DNA of 63,591 nucleotides, the filler included, from Octopus bimaculoides (Eukaryota): assembly GCF_001194135.2 (NCBI RefSeq). It is 8 parts of 6 records of this genome, joined end to end, with 100 filler letters (N's around TTAATTAATTAA, not from the genome) between each part and the next. Parts side by side here need not be neighbours in the genome. Positions count along the whole stretch, not along the records: positions 62,350 to 63,591 come from NW_026337096.1; 7 more parts are not named here. One strand, written 5' to 3'. Numbering within the stretch: the first letter of the stretch is position 1; each line of letters opens with the position of its first letter. The notes under the pieces were generated by a model. It did not search any database. It was given only the letters and a program-made list of their open reading frames with translations, and was not told where the DNA came from. Positions 63,170-63,591 of this stretch are shown in pieces. A program made the position numbers and the translations under genes.

Positions 63170-63385
63170 GGTTTCAAATTTTGGCGGAAGGCCAGAAAGT
63201 TTTGGGGAGGAGGCTAGTGGATTACATCGAATCACATTGTTCAACTGATACTTATTTTATCGACGCCAAAAATGATGAAAAACAAAGTCGACCACGGTGA
63301 CATTTGAACTCGGAACGTAAAGCCGGATGAAATGCCGGTAAGCAGTGTGTCTGCGATGCTAACTGTTCTGCCAGCTCACCGCTCT
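63170..63385 (-). mobile_element. SINE family A copy
   Basis: Same sequence pattern as 1693-1900 and 59859-60078. Confidence 0.8.
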
Positions 63386-63591
63386 CCATGTCACGTCTTA
63401 CATCATTCACTGTGTTCATAAAGCGTTGAGCAGCTGCCATGATGCCGCCATTTTGATGAGCGGTCAGAATCATCATGAAACAGGTAAATGTTTTCCAATA
63501 TGATGCTACCTCTCTGGCTAGGTCAGTATACACAATATCATAATATACACAATATCGCTCCATGTATATATATATATATATATATATATAT

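Noticed and set aside
1-63591. Dozens of ORFs rich in YI, CV, HT, poly-X, poly-R, poly-F or poly-M
   Set aside because: They are translations of microsatellites or N-runs, not proteins.

Overview
AT-rich, microsatellite-dense, gap-rich eukaryotic draft sequence. The repeat families resemble those of an octopus or other coleoid cephalopod; this is an inference. Only one intact host gene is recognisable: an intronless testis-specific Ser/Thr kinase (TSSK family, 13823-14728, minus) with a cluster of CRE sites 180-250 bp upstream. The rest is layered mobile-element debris: tRNA-derived SINEs, RTE, CR1, HERO and R4/Dong-like LINEs, two different Penelope-like elements (PLEs), mariner and DD41D-type Tc1/mariner transposons, hAT elements, two foldback MITEs and a solo LTR. 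Most notable non-coding structures: (i) three minimal type-I hammerhead ribozyme folds tied to the two PLEs, one sitting about 90 nt downstream of a tRNA-like Pol III head; (ii) a head-to-tail stack of R4/Dong-like LINE 3' ends joined by (TAA)n/(TGA)n tracts, containing a LINE>hAT>SINE nest and a solo LTR with readable TSDs; (iii) a perfect 62-bp palindrome. The seven N-flanked TTAATTAATTAA words are assembly spacers, not biology. All family assignments come from motif recognition by eye, not from database searches.
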